Positions 24,359 to 32,000 of a stretch of 32,000 bases of DNA are shown in pieces. The number at the start of each line of letters is the position of its first letter. The stretch's first letter is position 1. The stretch is taken from the NCBI GenBank assembly GCA_031425375.1, contig JANPJF010000006.1, positions 224,123 to 256,122 on the forward strand, in the 5' to 3' direction. A model generated the notes under the pieces. That model searched no databases and was not told the DNA's origin. It saw only the letters and a list, made by a program, of their open reading frames with translations. Source of the DNA: Chthonomonas sp. GTDB taxonomy: Bacteria > Armatimonadota > Fimbriimonadia > Fimbriimonadales > Fimbriimonadaceae. A program made the translations under genes and the position numbers.

Positions 24359-25435
24359 ATGATTTCAGAATTGCTCAGTCTCGGGACCTTAAAATCGGAA
24401 AACCGTTTGGTGCTCGCACCCATGACCACCTACTCTAGTGATGAGGCCGGCATTATCACTGCGGGCGAACTGGAATTGCTGAACTCCCGCTCCCTCGATG
24501 GGTTTGGGATCGTGATGACGGCCGCGTGCTACGTTCACAAAACCGGGCACGCCTTCAAGGGCCAGTGGCGATGTGATACGGACGACGCCATCGCACCTTC
24601 CCTGCGCCCCGCTGCCGATGCGATTCGGTCGGGCGGGGGCAAGTCCGTATTGCAAATCCATCACGGTGGGCGAGCCTGCTCGGCCAAATTGTGCGGCCAG
24701 GTTCTCAGCGCTTCGGCGATACCGGCCGTTCGGGATGGCGCAGAAACCCCCGCCGAAATGACTCCTGAGCAGATTTTCGAGGTCATCTCGGCCTTTGGTT
24801 CAGCGGCCCGTCGAGCAGAGGAAGCCGGATTTGACGGCGTCGAAATCCACGGTGCAAACACCTATCTCCTCCAACAATTTGTGAGCCCCCACTCTAACCG
24901 CCGTACCGATGAGTTTGGCCAAAACCGCCTGCTGTTCTCAAAGCTTGTCGTTGAAGCAGTGTTAGAATCCGTTTCCCCCGGCTACCCCGTCGGATACCGC
25001 TTCTCGCCAGAGGAAGTCGAAGTCCCAGGCATTCGCCTGCCCGACACGCTCAAGCTAATCGATCTCCTTTGCGAATACCCTCTCGCCTGGTTGCACATTT
25101 CCCTCGGGGATTTCCAGCAGACCAGCCTGGTGGATGACTTTAAGGAGCCCACCTTGGAATTGGTCTTGAATCACCTGGATAATCGGCTACCGCTGATCGG
25201 AGTAGGGAAACTCACATCTAGGGAAAGCATTGATGAGTGTTTGCAGATGGGATGCGCCGCCGCTGCGATCGGAAAAGCCGCGATCACCGATCCAAAATTT
25301 GCAAGCAAAGTGCTCAACGGTGAATCACCGATATTGAAATTCCCCAAAGCAAATGCTGCCAAAGACCTTCAAATTCCAGAGGGACTGGCGCAGCGCATTC
25401 TAGGCGCACCGGGCTGGTTTGAGGTCGAGGACTAG
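24359..25435 (+). CDS. NADH:flavin oxidoreductase, Old Yellow Enzyme family
   Basis: 358 aa. NRLVLAPMTT, SVLQIHHGGR and AGFDGVEIHGANTYLLQQFVSPHSNRRTDEFG are typical OYE TIM-barrel motifs. Confidence 0.8.
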   Translation: MISELLSLGTLKSENRLVLAPMTTYSSDEAGIITAGELELLNSRSLDGFGIVMTAACYVHKTGHAFKGQWRCDTDDAIAPSLRPAADAIRSGGGKSVLQIHHGGRACSAKLCGQVLSASAIPAVRDGAETPAEMTPEQIFEVISAFGSAARRAEEAGFDGVEIHGANTYLLQQFVSPHSNRRTDEFGQNRLLFSKLVVEAVLESVSPGYPVGYRFSPEEVEVPGIRLPDTLKLIDLLCEYPLAWLHISLGDFQQTSLVDDFKEPTLELVLNHLDNRLPLIGVGKLTSRESIDECLQMGCAAAAIGKAAITDPKFASKVLNGESPILKFPKANAAKDLQIPEGLAQRILGAPGWFEVED

Positions 25436-26151
25436 CGGCGAACCACTCGGTATAGCTTCTCGTCCCCACCATCTCCCACCTTGACGTTCACAGTCCACTG
25501 TGAAACGACGGCAATCGGCTTCTCCCCTGGAACGGACAGATTTTCGTTCACCGTGTAGCGTAAGACATCTCCCTCGGGAGAAATGGCGAGGATGTATTTG
25601 CCGGTGATTGGCGCGCTGGCGTAGGCTCGCCAATTGCCCGCGATTAGGCCCGCCTGCCCCGGCTCGGGCTCATTCCCGTTGTGCCACCCCACGCTAGCGA
25701 GTTGCCCTCGGAAAAACCGCAGGTGCTCGGTCTTCGCAATCAATAGGTCGAGCACGGGTGACTGACTGAGCAACCCTGGCTGCGCAATGGTGTACACATC
25801 CACGATCGAGTTGACCACTCCTTTCTGATTCTGAAGCTCGTAAAGCCGATCCCCTGCTCGCTGCGCGAGATTATCGGGCATCTCATAAGTGAACATGGTG
25901 CCATCCGCCACGGTGAGCCCTACGAGCTTCCTGTCCCTCCGCTCCTCCCGAATGTAGAGCTTGTACGGGCGTTCGTACTGAATGACGGTGTCGAACAGAG
26001 CGGTAACCCCGCCCCCCGATTGCCGGAAACTAACCGTGCCGGAGAGCTTCTTGGCGTCCGCATACTTCGCGAACATTTTGGATGCCAATTGGGAGGGCGT
26101 TACCTGTGCCGGAGCAGAGATGACGGAGGCGGCAAGCAATGCGGTAATCAT
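25432..26151 (-). CDS. Secreted hypothetical protein, LolA-like / lipoprotein-sorting-fold candidate
   Basis: 239 aa. Short signal-like N-terminus MITALLAASVISAPAQV. The segment KLSGTVSFRQ...YERPYKLYIRE...LTVADGTMFTYEMP resembles LolA-like family proteins. The assignment is weak. Confidence 0.4.
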   Translation of the reverse strand: MITALLAASVISAPAQVTPSQLASKMFAKYADAKKLSGTVSFRQSGGGVTALFDTVIQYERPYKLYIREERRDRKLVGLTVADGTMFTYEMPDNLAQRAGDRLYELQNQKGVVNSIVDVYTIAQPGLLSQSPVLDLLIAKTEHLRFFRGQLASVGWHNGNEPEPGQAGLIAGNWRAYASAPITGKYILAISPEGDVLRYTVNENLSVPGEKPIAVVSQWTVNVKVGDGGDEKLYRVVRR

Positions 26152-26161
26152 GATTCTAAGG

Positions 26162-26713
26162 TTAGCGTTCGGTGCGCCCGAGCCACTTGATGTCGCTCAC
26201 TTGCGCGCAGTGATTGGCGAACCGCGCGAACGTGAACAACCAATCGGACAGACGATTAATATAGATGAGGGTTTCCTCGCGGAATTCGTTCTCTGCTTGG
26301 CTCAGCAGCATCTGGATCTCGGCCCGCCGACATACCGTTCGACAAAGATGCAGGTGGGTAGAAAGCAGACTCCCCCCGGGCAGAATGAAGTTTCGAAGCG
26401 GCTCAAGCTGGTCTGTCCAGACATCAATTTCGCCCTCTAGTTGCGATATGTCTTCCGGGAAGATTGAAGGCTTAAAGTAAGGACTATCGTGCGGCGTCGC
26501 AATCTCCGCCCCCAGGTCGAAGAGCTGACTCTGCACTCGCTCGATGGTGGCCGCGTGGACGGGCTCCGAGGCAGAACTGCGCGCTAATCCGAGGTGAGCA
26601 TTGAGCTCGTCAATCACTCCAAGACACTGGATCCGAGCGTGGACCTTGCCGACCCGATCCCCGCCCACCAAGCCGGTTTCTCCTTGATCACCCGTCTTTG
26701 TATAAATTTTCAT
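26162..26713 (-). CDS. ATP:cob(I)alamin adenosyltransferase, PduO/MMAB type
   Basis: 183 aa. MKIYTKTGDQGETGLVGGDRVGKVHARIQCLGVIDELNAHLG is the hallmark PduO-type N-terminus. Also has ILPGGS and LHLCRTVCRRAE. Confidence 0.9.
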   Translation of the reverse strand: MKIYTKTGDQGETGLVGGDRVGKVHARIQCLGVIDELNAHLGLARSSASEPVHAATIERVQSQLFDLGAEIATPHDSPYFKPSIFPEDISQLEGEIDVWTDQLEPLRNFILPGGSLLSTHLHLCRTVCRRAEIQMLLSQAENEFREETLIYINRLSDWLFTFARFANHCAQVSDIKWLGRTER

Positions 26714-27459
26714 TTCGATTTAAGCACCAACCACACGAATCGGGGCAAGTTCTTCAGGTTCTTGATCTTGGTTGGATTTTGAATCGCCCGCCAAAGCCAC
26801 TCCAGTCGAAGTCGTTGCCAAAAAACGGGGGCGCGCTTCACCCGTCCACTGAACACGTCGAACGACCCGCCAACCCCAATCCCGACGCAAGGCCCGAGGA
26901 TATCTCGCACGCTGAGAAAGAATCGCTCCTGTCTAGGCATCCCCATAGCGATGAACACGATATCTGGAGTGGTTGCGGCGACTTCTGCCGCGATCAGATC
27001 GTCATCCGCCGACGGAAAGTACCCATCGTGAACGCCGACGATGTTGCATCCAGGAAACCTGAGCCGCAGCCGTTCAGCCGCCTCTGCTGCTACTCCAGGC
27101 GCCCCGCCAAGAAAATAGAGTCGGTACCCCTTATCTGCGCTGAGTCGGCAGAAGCTTTCAAGAATGTCCACTCCGGTGACCTTCGGAATTCCGGGATGCC
27201 CCTGCTTGGAAAGCGCCCATTGTGTTCCGGCTCCATCTGAGGTCACGAGGCCCGCCTTCTGAATCTCCGAAGCAAACTTCGGATCGTCGTGAGCCAGCAC
27301 AGCGGCGATCGCATTCGCGGTCACCACGAGTTCGCTCCTCTGATCAGCGATAAACCCCTCAATGACCAGCAGGGCCTGAGGTAGATCAACGAGCGCCAGC
27401 GGCACCCCGAGAACTGGGGCAACATCGAACTTCCGGTCCTGGGCCTGCGCAATTATCAC
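26710..27459 (-). CDS. WecB/TagA/CpsF family glycosyltransferase
   Basis: 249 aa. VVTANA......LVTSDGAG..W......KVTGVD, YRLYFLGGAPGVAAEAAERL, PDIVFIAMGMPRQERF and a C-terminal EWLWR match the family. The stop overlaps the downstream adenosyltransferase start (ATGA). Confidence 0.85.
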   Translation of the reverse strand: MIIAQAQDRKFDVAPVLGVPLALVDLPQALLVIEGFIADQRSELVVTANAIAAVLAHDDPKFASEIQKAGLVTSDGAGTQWALSKQGHPGIPKVTGVDILESFCRLSADKGYRLYFLGGAPGVAAEAAERLRLRFPGCNIVGVHDGYFPSADDDLIAAEVAATTPDIVFIAMGMPRQERFFLSVRDILGPCVGIGVGGSFDVFSGRVKRAPVFWQRLRLEWLWRAIQNPTKIKNLKNLPRFVWLVLKSK

Positions 27460-27637
27460 GGGAGCACCGCGATTGTACCTACAGCCATACGATTGCTCAA
27501 TCTCCCGAAAAAAGTACGTGTTTTGGGAGAACCATTTCTTTGACGAACGTATCTATGTCATAGTGCGTCGTTAACGCAGGGACAACATCTTTGCGGAACG
27601 ACTACTTCCTTGCATAGGCAGGAGCCCTCTACCAAAA

Positions 27638-28564
27638 ATGCGCAATCGTAAAGCCTTCACGCTCATCGAACTGCTCGTTGTGATCGCGATCATCGCCATC
27701 CTCGCAGCAATTCTCTTCCCCGTCTTTGCCCAAGCCCGAAACGCCGCCAAGAAAACTGCTTCAATCAGTAACCTTAAGCAGCTCGGCCTCGGCGTTGCGA
27801 TGTACACCGGCGATAACGACCAGTGCTACCCGCAGAGTGCATACTCGATCACCACGACAACGATCGACGCCTCAGGCAACCCAGTCCCGGGAGCCGGTGC
27901 CCAAATCTTCTCCGTGTACGATGCACTTCAGCCAAACATGAAGAACATCGACATCTTGAAGTCACCAGGCGAGCCACAGGCGATCAACTGGCAGACCGCG
28001 CTCAGCGCTGTGGGCTGGGTTCGACCTACCACCAATCCAATCCAGTTTGCTGGTTACGCTCCCAACTTCGCCGTATTTGAAGATCCAGGCATCGCTCCTT
28101 CGACCGGTTCAAACGATCCAGTTTGCAGCGAAGGCCTGATCGGATTCCAATCCGAAACGGTGCTGTTCTACGATGCGCAGTTCCGTGCTGTGAACGCAGC
28201 GCCTAAGCTTCCTTCTGGAGAGACTGCTACTTATCAGACGACCTGGTTGAACTCTGTTCCGGCCACGGTCCGAGGTGCATTCCCGAATGGCGTGGCCGCC
28301 TACATTGGCGCGCTCCCTGCCCTGGGTCAGATGAGCCGATACCAGTTCCCTGGCGTTGACCGATATAGCGGCAACATCACGGTTAACTTTGCTGACACCA
28401 GCACGAAGGCAATCCGCTACAACAGCCGATTTGCTAACTCCCTAGATCGAAATGGTGCGATGCAAGTGGTTGGCGGTGCAGAAGTTCCCAACGCGGGCCT
28501 CGCCTACTACCCGCCGTATGACTTCAACGGCATCCCCGGTGTCATCGCCGAACCGCGAAACTAA
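27638..28564 (+). CDS. Prepilin-type N-terminal cleavage/methylation domain protein (pseudopilin-like, DUF1559 / H-X9-DG-related)
   Basis: 308 aa. [56 protein letters not shown] is a class III signal plus a pilin-like helix. Confidence 0.85.
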   Translation: MRNRKAFTLIELLVVIAIIAILAAILFPVFAQARNAAKKTASISNLKQLGLGVAMYTGDNDQCYPQSAYSITTTTIDASGNPVPGAGAQIFSVYDALQPNMKNIDILKSPGEPQAINWQTALSAVGWVRPTTNPIQFAGYAPNFAVFEDPGIAPSTGSNDPVCSEGLIGFQSETVLFYDAQFRAVNAAPKLPSGETATYQTTWLNSVPATVRGAFPNGVAAYIGALPALGQMSRYQFPGVDRYSGNITVNFADTSTKAIRYNSRFANSLDRNGAMQVVGGAEVPNAGLAYYPPYDFNGIPGVIAEPRN

Positions 28565-28589
28565 TTCGCAGTCGACGTAACACCAAGAA

Positions 28590-28622
28590 ATCGCCCGGCC
28601 AATTGGCCCGGGCGATTTTTTT
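28590..28622 (+). terminator. Rho-independent terminator after the pseudopilin gene
   Basis: Stem ATCGCCCGG (28590-28598) pairs with CCGGGCGAT (28608-28616). A run of 7 T follows immediately. Confidence 0.8.
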
Positions 28623-28675
28623 GTGCGCTGACCCTGATGCCCCGGCGTACGTAAGGCTAAAATAGAAGTGACGCT

Positions 28676-29455
28676 ATGCCGAGCAAAATTCGCCTAAAAG
28701 TCCACCGTCAAGTGAGCAAGGACGCTCAGTCCCACTTCGACGTGTTCGAGATCCCCTACAAGGAGAACATGAACGTGATCTCCGCCCTGATGGAGGTTCG
28801 CAAAAACCCGGTGACTATTGAAGGCACTCGCGTCGCCCCCCCGATTTGGGATGCAGCCTGTCTCGAAGAAGTCTGCGGCTCCTGCACGATGAATATTAAT
28901 GGCGGCATTCGCCAAGCCTGCAGCGCGTTGATCGAAGACTGTTCCACCGCCGTCGGGGACGCTTACGAAGTCACGCTCGAGCCGATGAAGAAATTTCCGC
29001 TCGTGCGCGACCTCAGCGTGGACCGCTCCCAGATGTTCGAGAACCTCAAGAAGGTCAAAGCATGGGTGCCCATTGACGGTTCCTATGATCTCGGCATGGC
29101 CCAAGCCCAAGACGATCACGTACGCCAACTGCGCTACGCCTTGAGCCGATGTATGACTTGCGGTTGCTGCATCGAAGCCTGCCCACAGATTAACGAGAAA
29201 TCCGAGTTCGTCGGCCCCCAGGCGATTGGCCAAGCCCTCCTCTTCAACCTGCATCCGGTCGGGAGTAGCCTCACAGAAGACCGTCTGGAGTACCTCACCA
29301 CCAGCGAAGGCATCACGGGTTGTGGCAACGCCCAGAACTGCGTCAAGGTCTGCCCCAAAGGCGTCCCCCTCACCGTCGCCATTGCCCGCCTAAACCGCGA
29401 CACCACCGTTTACAAACTAAAGCGCTGGATGGGCTTTGCTGGGAACGACAAGTAA
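28676..29455 (+). CDS. sdhB: Succinate dehydrogenase / fumarate reductase iron-sulfur subunit
   Basis: 259 aa. Has the 2Fe-2S motif CLEEVCGSCTMNINGGIRQAC and two cluster motifs, CMTCGCCIEACP and GCGNAQNCVKVCP. Confidence 0.9.
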   Translation: MPSKIRLKVHRQVSKDAQSHFDVFEIPYKENMNVISALMEVRKNPVTIEGTRVAPPIWDAACLEEVCGSCTMNINGGIRQACSALIEDCSTAVGDAYEVTLEPMKKFPLVRDLSVDRSQMFENLKKVKAWVPIDGSYDLGMAQAQDDHVRQLRYALSRCMTCGCCIEACPQINEKSEFVGPQAIGQALLFNLHPVGSSLTEDRLEYLTTSEGITGCGNAQNCVKVCPKGVPLTVAIARLNRDTTVYKLKRWMGFAGNDK

Positions 29456-29490
29456 CCGGCCCCCAACCGGGCCACTCGGCTAAAATGGAA

Positions 29491-29515
29491 CCTAATCCGC
29501 TGGGAAGGGATTAGG
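29491..29515 (+). promoter_or_regulatory. 5-prime UTR hairpin (8-bp perfect stem CCTAATCC / GGATTAGG, 9-nt loop) whose 3-prime arm overlaps the AGGA Shine-Dalgarno of dsbD
   Basis: Seen in the sequence. AGGA is at 29513-29516 and the ATG at 29522. A TAAAAT -10-like hexamer sits at 29481-29486, just upstream. Confidence 0.35.
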
Positions 29516-29521
29516 AATTCT

Positions 29522-31321
29522 ATGAATCGATTGGTCGCACTGCTCGTGCTCTTGATGGGTGTCTTTGGCTTGGTTTTCGGCCAAGACTCCCCGCCCACCC
29601 TCAAAGTCGAGTTGAAGTCGACCACCGCCGCCCCCGGGCAGCTCGTCGAAGGCACCGCCACCGTTACCTTCGGCCCCAACCTCCACGGTTATCAGAACCC
29701 CCAGGAGGATGAGTCCATCATCCCCATCGTTCTCTCGGCCACGGGTGCAACGCTCGACAAAATCGAATATCCCACGGGCGAAAAGAAGATTGTCGGTGGC
29801 TTGCCGGACCCCTACTTCGTGCACTCTGGCACGATTCAGATTCCATTCAGCTTCAAGGCCCCAAACGAGGTGACCGCAGACGGGATCAAGTTCACCTTCT
29901 CTTACCAGCAGTGCGACGATAGCCAGTGCTTCGCGCCCTCGCAAGTAGAACAGGCCGTCGCGCTCACCGTTTCCGGCGAAGCCGTGGAAACCACGCCCCC
30001 GCCACCCGCGCAAGTCACCTCCACTGAGGCAGGCGGGCTCGGCAAGTTCTTACAGGATTCCTTCGCGAACAAGAATTGGGTCGGATTGGCCCTCGTGTTG
30101 ATCCTCATTGGCCTCGCGATTAACCTCACGCCCTGCGTCTATCCGCTCATCCCGGTCACCATCAGCTTCTTTGCGGGGCAGGCCAATGACGATGGCAAAG
30201 GGCGGGCTGCGCTTGCCGCAACCTACATGTTCGGCATCGCGATCAGCTACGGCATAGTCGGCGCGATCGCAGCGGTTTCCGGTGGCGTCTTCGGCCAGCT
30301 CTTCCAGCTCGCCTGGTTCAACATCGCGCTGGGCGTGTTCATGATCGTGCTCGCACTTTCGATGTTCGATCTTTATCAAATCGGCATCCCGCCGGCGCTC
30401 AGCAAGCACTTGAAGGGGCGCTCTGGACCGGTCGGGGCGTTTCTGATGGGCATGCTCGTCGGCATTGGCGCGGCGCCTTGCGCCGGTCCGATCATCGTCC
30501 TCCTGCTCACCGAATTGACCAAGGTCAACATCCCAACCCTCTCGGTGGTGTCATTCTTGCTCGTGGGATTCGGCATGGGCATCCCCTATTTCGTGCTCGG
30601 CCTGGTCAGCAATCCGCGCTCTGCGCTGCCCAAGGCGGGCGGATGGATGAAATCCGTCAAGGCCATCATGGGCCTCGCCGTGATCTACTTCGGCATTCAG
30701 TACTTCATTCAAGCAATGCCTCAGCTCGCCGACCCAGCGGTCGAACCGAAGATCTGGATCGCCTTCTTCCTCGCTAGCGCGCTGTTCCTCTTCTGGTGGG
30801 ATCGCAAAGCCGCCGACGCCCGAACGTGGAACATCAAGGGCGCGGGCATCCTCCTCGCCGGGATTCTGGCGGGCACCGCCTACTCCGGGATGATCGCCGA
30901 GCAGAAGCTCGACGCCACCCGCGAAGAGTTTAAAAAGCTCCTCGGAAGCGGCGGAACGACCAAGGTTTCTGAGTTCGATAAGTTCACCAACGAGAGTTGG
31001 GAGGCCGCCAAGGCCAGCGGGAAACCGATCTTTGTGGACTTCACCGCCAACTGGTGCGTGAAGTGCAAAGTCATTGAGAAAGAGGTCTTCGAAGATCCCC
31101 GATTCATCGGCGCAACCCAAGATGTTGTCCTCCTCAAAGTAGACCACAGCACGGGAATTGACCCCAAATACATCGAAGAGACCACCAAAATGTTCGGCGT
31201 GCGCGGCTTGCCGCACATGGTCATCGCCAAACCAGGCGGGGACATCGGATTGACCTTCAACGAACTGCATTCGGTCGCGGAACTCGAGGAGTTCTTCGTG
31301 AAAGCTGGAGTAACGAAGTGA
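29522..31321 (+). CDS. dsbD: Thiol:disulfide interchange protein DsbD-type (N-terminal DsbD-alpha-like domain, central CcdA-like membrane domain, C-terminal thioredoxin)
   Basis: 599 aa. Signal peptide. YQQCDDSQCF is the alpha-domain Cys pair. The TM region carries LTPCVYPLIP and GAAPCAGPI. The C-terminus has FTANWCVKCK, a CxxC thioredoxin motif. Confidence 0.85.
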   Translation: MNRLVALLVLLMGVFGLVFGQDSPPTLKVELKSTTAAPGQLVEGTATVTFGPNLHGYQNPQEDESIIPIVLSATGATLDKIEYPTGEKKIVGGLPDPYFVHSGTIQIPFSFKAPNEVTADGIKFTFSYQQCDDSQCFAPSQVEQAVALTVSGEAVETTPPPPAQVTSTEAGGLGKFLQDSFANKNWVGLALVLILIGLAINLTPCVYPLIPVTISFFAGQANDDGKGRAALAATYMFGIAISYGIVGAIAAVSGGVFGQLFQLAWFNIALGVFMIVLALSMFDLYQIGIPPALSKHLKGRSGPVGAFLMGMLVGIGAAPCAGPIIVLLLTELTKVNIPTLSVVSFLLVGFGMGIPYFVLGLVSNPRSALPKAGGWMKSVKAIMGLAVIYFGIQYFIQAMPQLADPAVEPKIWIAFFLASALFLFWWDRKAADARTWNIKGAGILLAGILAGTAYSGMIAEQKLDATREEFKKLLGSGGTTKVSEFDKFTNESWEAAKASGKPIFVDFTANWCVKCKVIEKEVFEDPRFIGATQDVVLLKVDHSTGIDPKYIEETTKMFGVRGLPHMVIAKPGGDIGLTFNELHSVAELEEFFVKAGVTK

Positions 31322-32000
31322 ATCCGTTCAAGATTCGGGAGCTCGAAGTTGGCACCGGCAACCTGACGATCATCGCCGGCCCGTGCCTGGCCGAATCACG
31401 CGAGCTGTGCTTCGAGGTCGCCGAGCGCATGAAGGCGCTTTGCGGGCAGTTTGGGTTCGGCTACGTCTTCAAAGCCAGTTTCGACAAGGCGAATCGCACC
31501 AGCGGCGGCTCCGTTCGCGGCGCGGGCATGGAGGCTGGGCTCGAAATCCTAAGCGATATCGCGCAAAAGCTCGATTTGCCGGTGACTACCGACATCCATT
31601 TGCCCGACCAGGCCGCGCCCGTCGCAGAGGTCGTGGATATCCTCCAAATCCCGGCGTTTCTCTGCCGTCAGTCGGACATCTTGGAAGCCGCCGCGAAGAC
31701 CGGCAGGCCCGTCAACGTCAAAAAGGGCCAGTTTCTCGCCCCTTGGGACGCCAAAAACATCGTCGAAAAGCTGCGCTCGTTCGACGCGAACGGCATCATG
31801 CTGTGCGAGCGCGGCACCAGCTTCGGCTACAACACGCTGATCGTGGACTTCCCCGGCTTGGAAACGATGCGCTCCTACGGCGTCCCGGTTTGCTTTGACG
31901 CGACCCACAGCGCCCAGCGTCCGGGCGGCGCGGGCACCAGCACCGGCGGCGTCCGCGAGTCCATTCCGGCGATGGTCCGAGCCGCGCTCGCGGTGGGCGT
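31318..32000 (+). CDS. kdsA: 3-deoxy-8-phosphooctulonate (KDO-8-P) synthase, N-terminal ~227 aa; continues beyond the window
   Basis: My own translation from GTG 31318, which overlaps the dsbD stop (GTGA): VNPFKIRELEVGTGNLTIIAGPCLAESRELCFEVAERMKALCGQFGFGYVFKASFDKANRTS...VTTDIH...LQIPAFLCRQSDIL...VNVKKGQFLAPWD...CERGTSFGYNTLIVD...FDATHSAQRPGG. It is missing from the ORF track because it has no stop in the window. Confidence 0.9.
   Translation, partial: MNPFKIRELEVGTGNLTIIAGPCLAESRELCFEVAERMKALCGQFGFGYVFKASFDKANRTSGGSVRGAGMEAGLEILSDIAQKLDLPVTTDIHLPDQAAPVAEVVDILQIPAFLCRQSDILEAAAKTGRPVNVKKGQFLAPWDAKNIVEKLRSFDANGIMLCERGTSFGYNTLIVDFPGLETMRSYGVPVCFDATHSAQRPGGAGTSTGGVRESIPAMVRAALAVG

Noticed and set aside
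28694-29254. 186-aa minus-strand ORF
   Set aside because: It is antisense to sdhB, which has all three Fe-S cluster Cys motifs. It is a shadow ORF.
29492-31270. Minus-strand ORFs of 173 aa (29492-30013), 119 aa (30050-30409) and 239 aa (30551-31270)
   Set aside because: All are antisense to the dsbD-type gene, which has coherent signal peptide, TM-Cys and thioredoxin CxxC motifs. The antisense products are E/G/D/R-rich with no motifs.
31383-31908. 171-aa plus-strand ORF (31383-31898) and 119-aa minus-strand ORF (31549-31908)
   Set aside because: They overlap the kdsA frame that I translated from GTG 31318, which carries unmistakable KDO-8-P synthase motifs. The 171-aa product is an Arg-rich out-of-frame artefact.
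1-32000. Searched for CRISPR arrays, tRNA/rRNA genes, IS elements, integrases, prophage or defence-island signatures, and toxin-antitoxin pairs
   Set aside because: I saw no regularly spaced direct repeats, no cloverleaf-like or rRNA-like conserved stretches in the short intergenic regions (the longest is 257 bp), and no transposase, recombinase or nuclease-like ORFs. Apart from the OGT-like array and the AT-hook protein, the window looks like core chromosome.

Overview
Dense 32-kb chromosomal segment, roughly 55-60% GC by eye, with about 30 protein-coding genes. I could not find any rRNA, tRNA, CRISPR array, transposase or integrase. The host looks like a diderm bacterium, because the window carries kdsA, a DsbD-type reductase and an OMP-like barrel. 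The pseudopilin N-terminus ([28 protein letters not shown]) resembles Armatimonadota/PVC-type genomes; this placement is inference, not proof. Gene order: a partial GT4 glycosyltransferase (-); four tandem TPR + GT41 (OGT/SPINDLY-like) glycosyltransferase paralogs (+, 596-7673); an overlapping minus-strand operon of a HAD phosphatase, a 1066-aa AT-hook protein and era (12472-7670); a stand-alone flagellar hook module fliK-flgD-TIGR02530-flgE (+); DoxX and a MerC-like membrane protein (-); a class II aldolase and hisS (+); an OMP-like secreted protein and a small J-like protein (+); proline dehydrogenase, feoB and feoA (-); an Old Yellow Enzyme-type flavin oxidoreductase (+); a LolA-like secreted protein, a PduO-type cobalamin adenosyltransferase and a WecB/TagA/CpsF glycosyltransferase (-); a prepilin-type pseudopilin with a strong terminator (+); an orphan sdhB, dsbD and a partial kdsA (+). 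Four points deserve a second look. (1) The four-gene OGT-like array keeps conserved catalytic motifs but has unrelated TPR domains and nucleotide-conserved gene junctions. (2) A giant cytoplasmic protein carries four HMGA/CarD-like AT-hooks fused to a GH42-like body and is translationally coupled to era. (3) A Firmicute-style hook operon sits in a diderm background and has an unusually long internal spacer. (4) -10-like hexamers, including three copies of GGCTAAAAT, recur very close to start codons, which suggests leaderless or short-leader mRNAs. All functional calls rest on motif recognition by eye; no database search was run.
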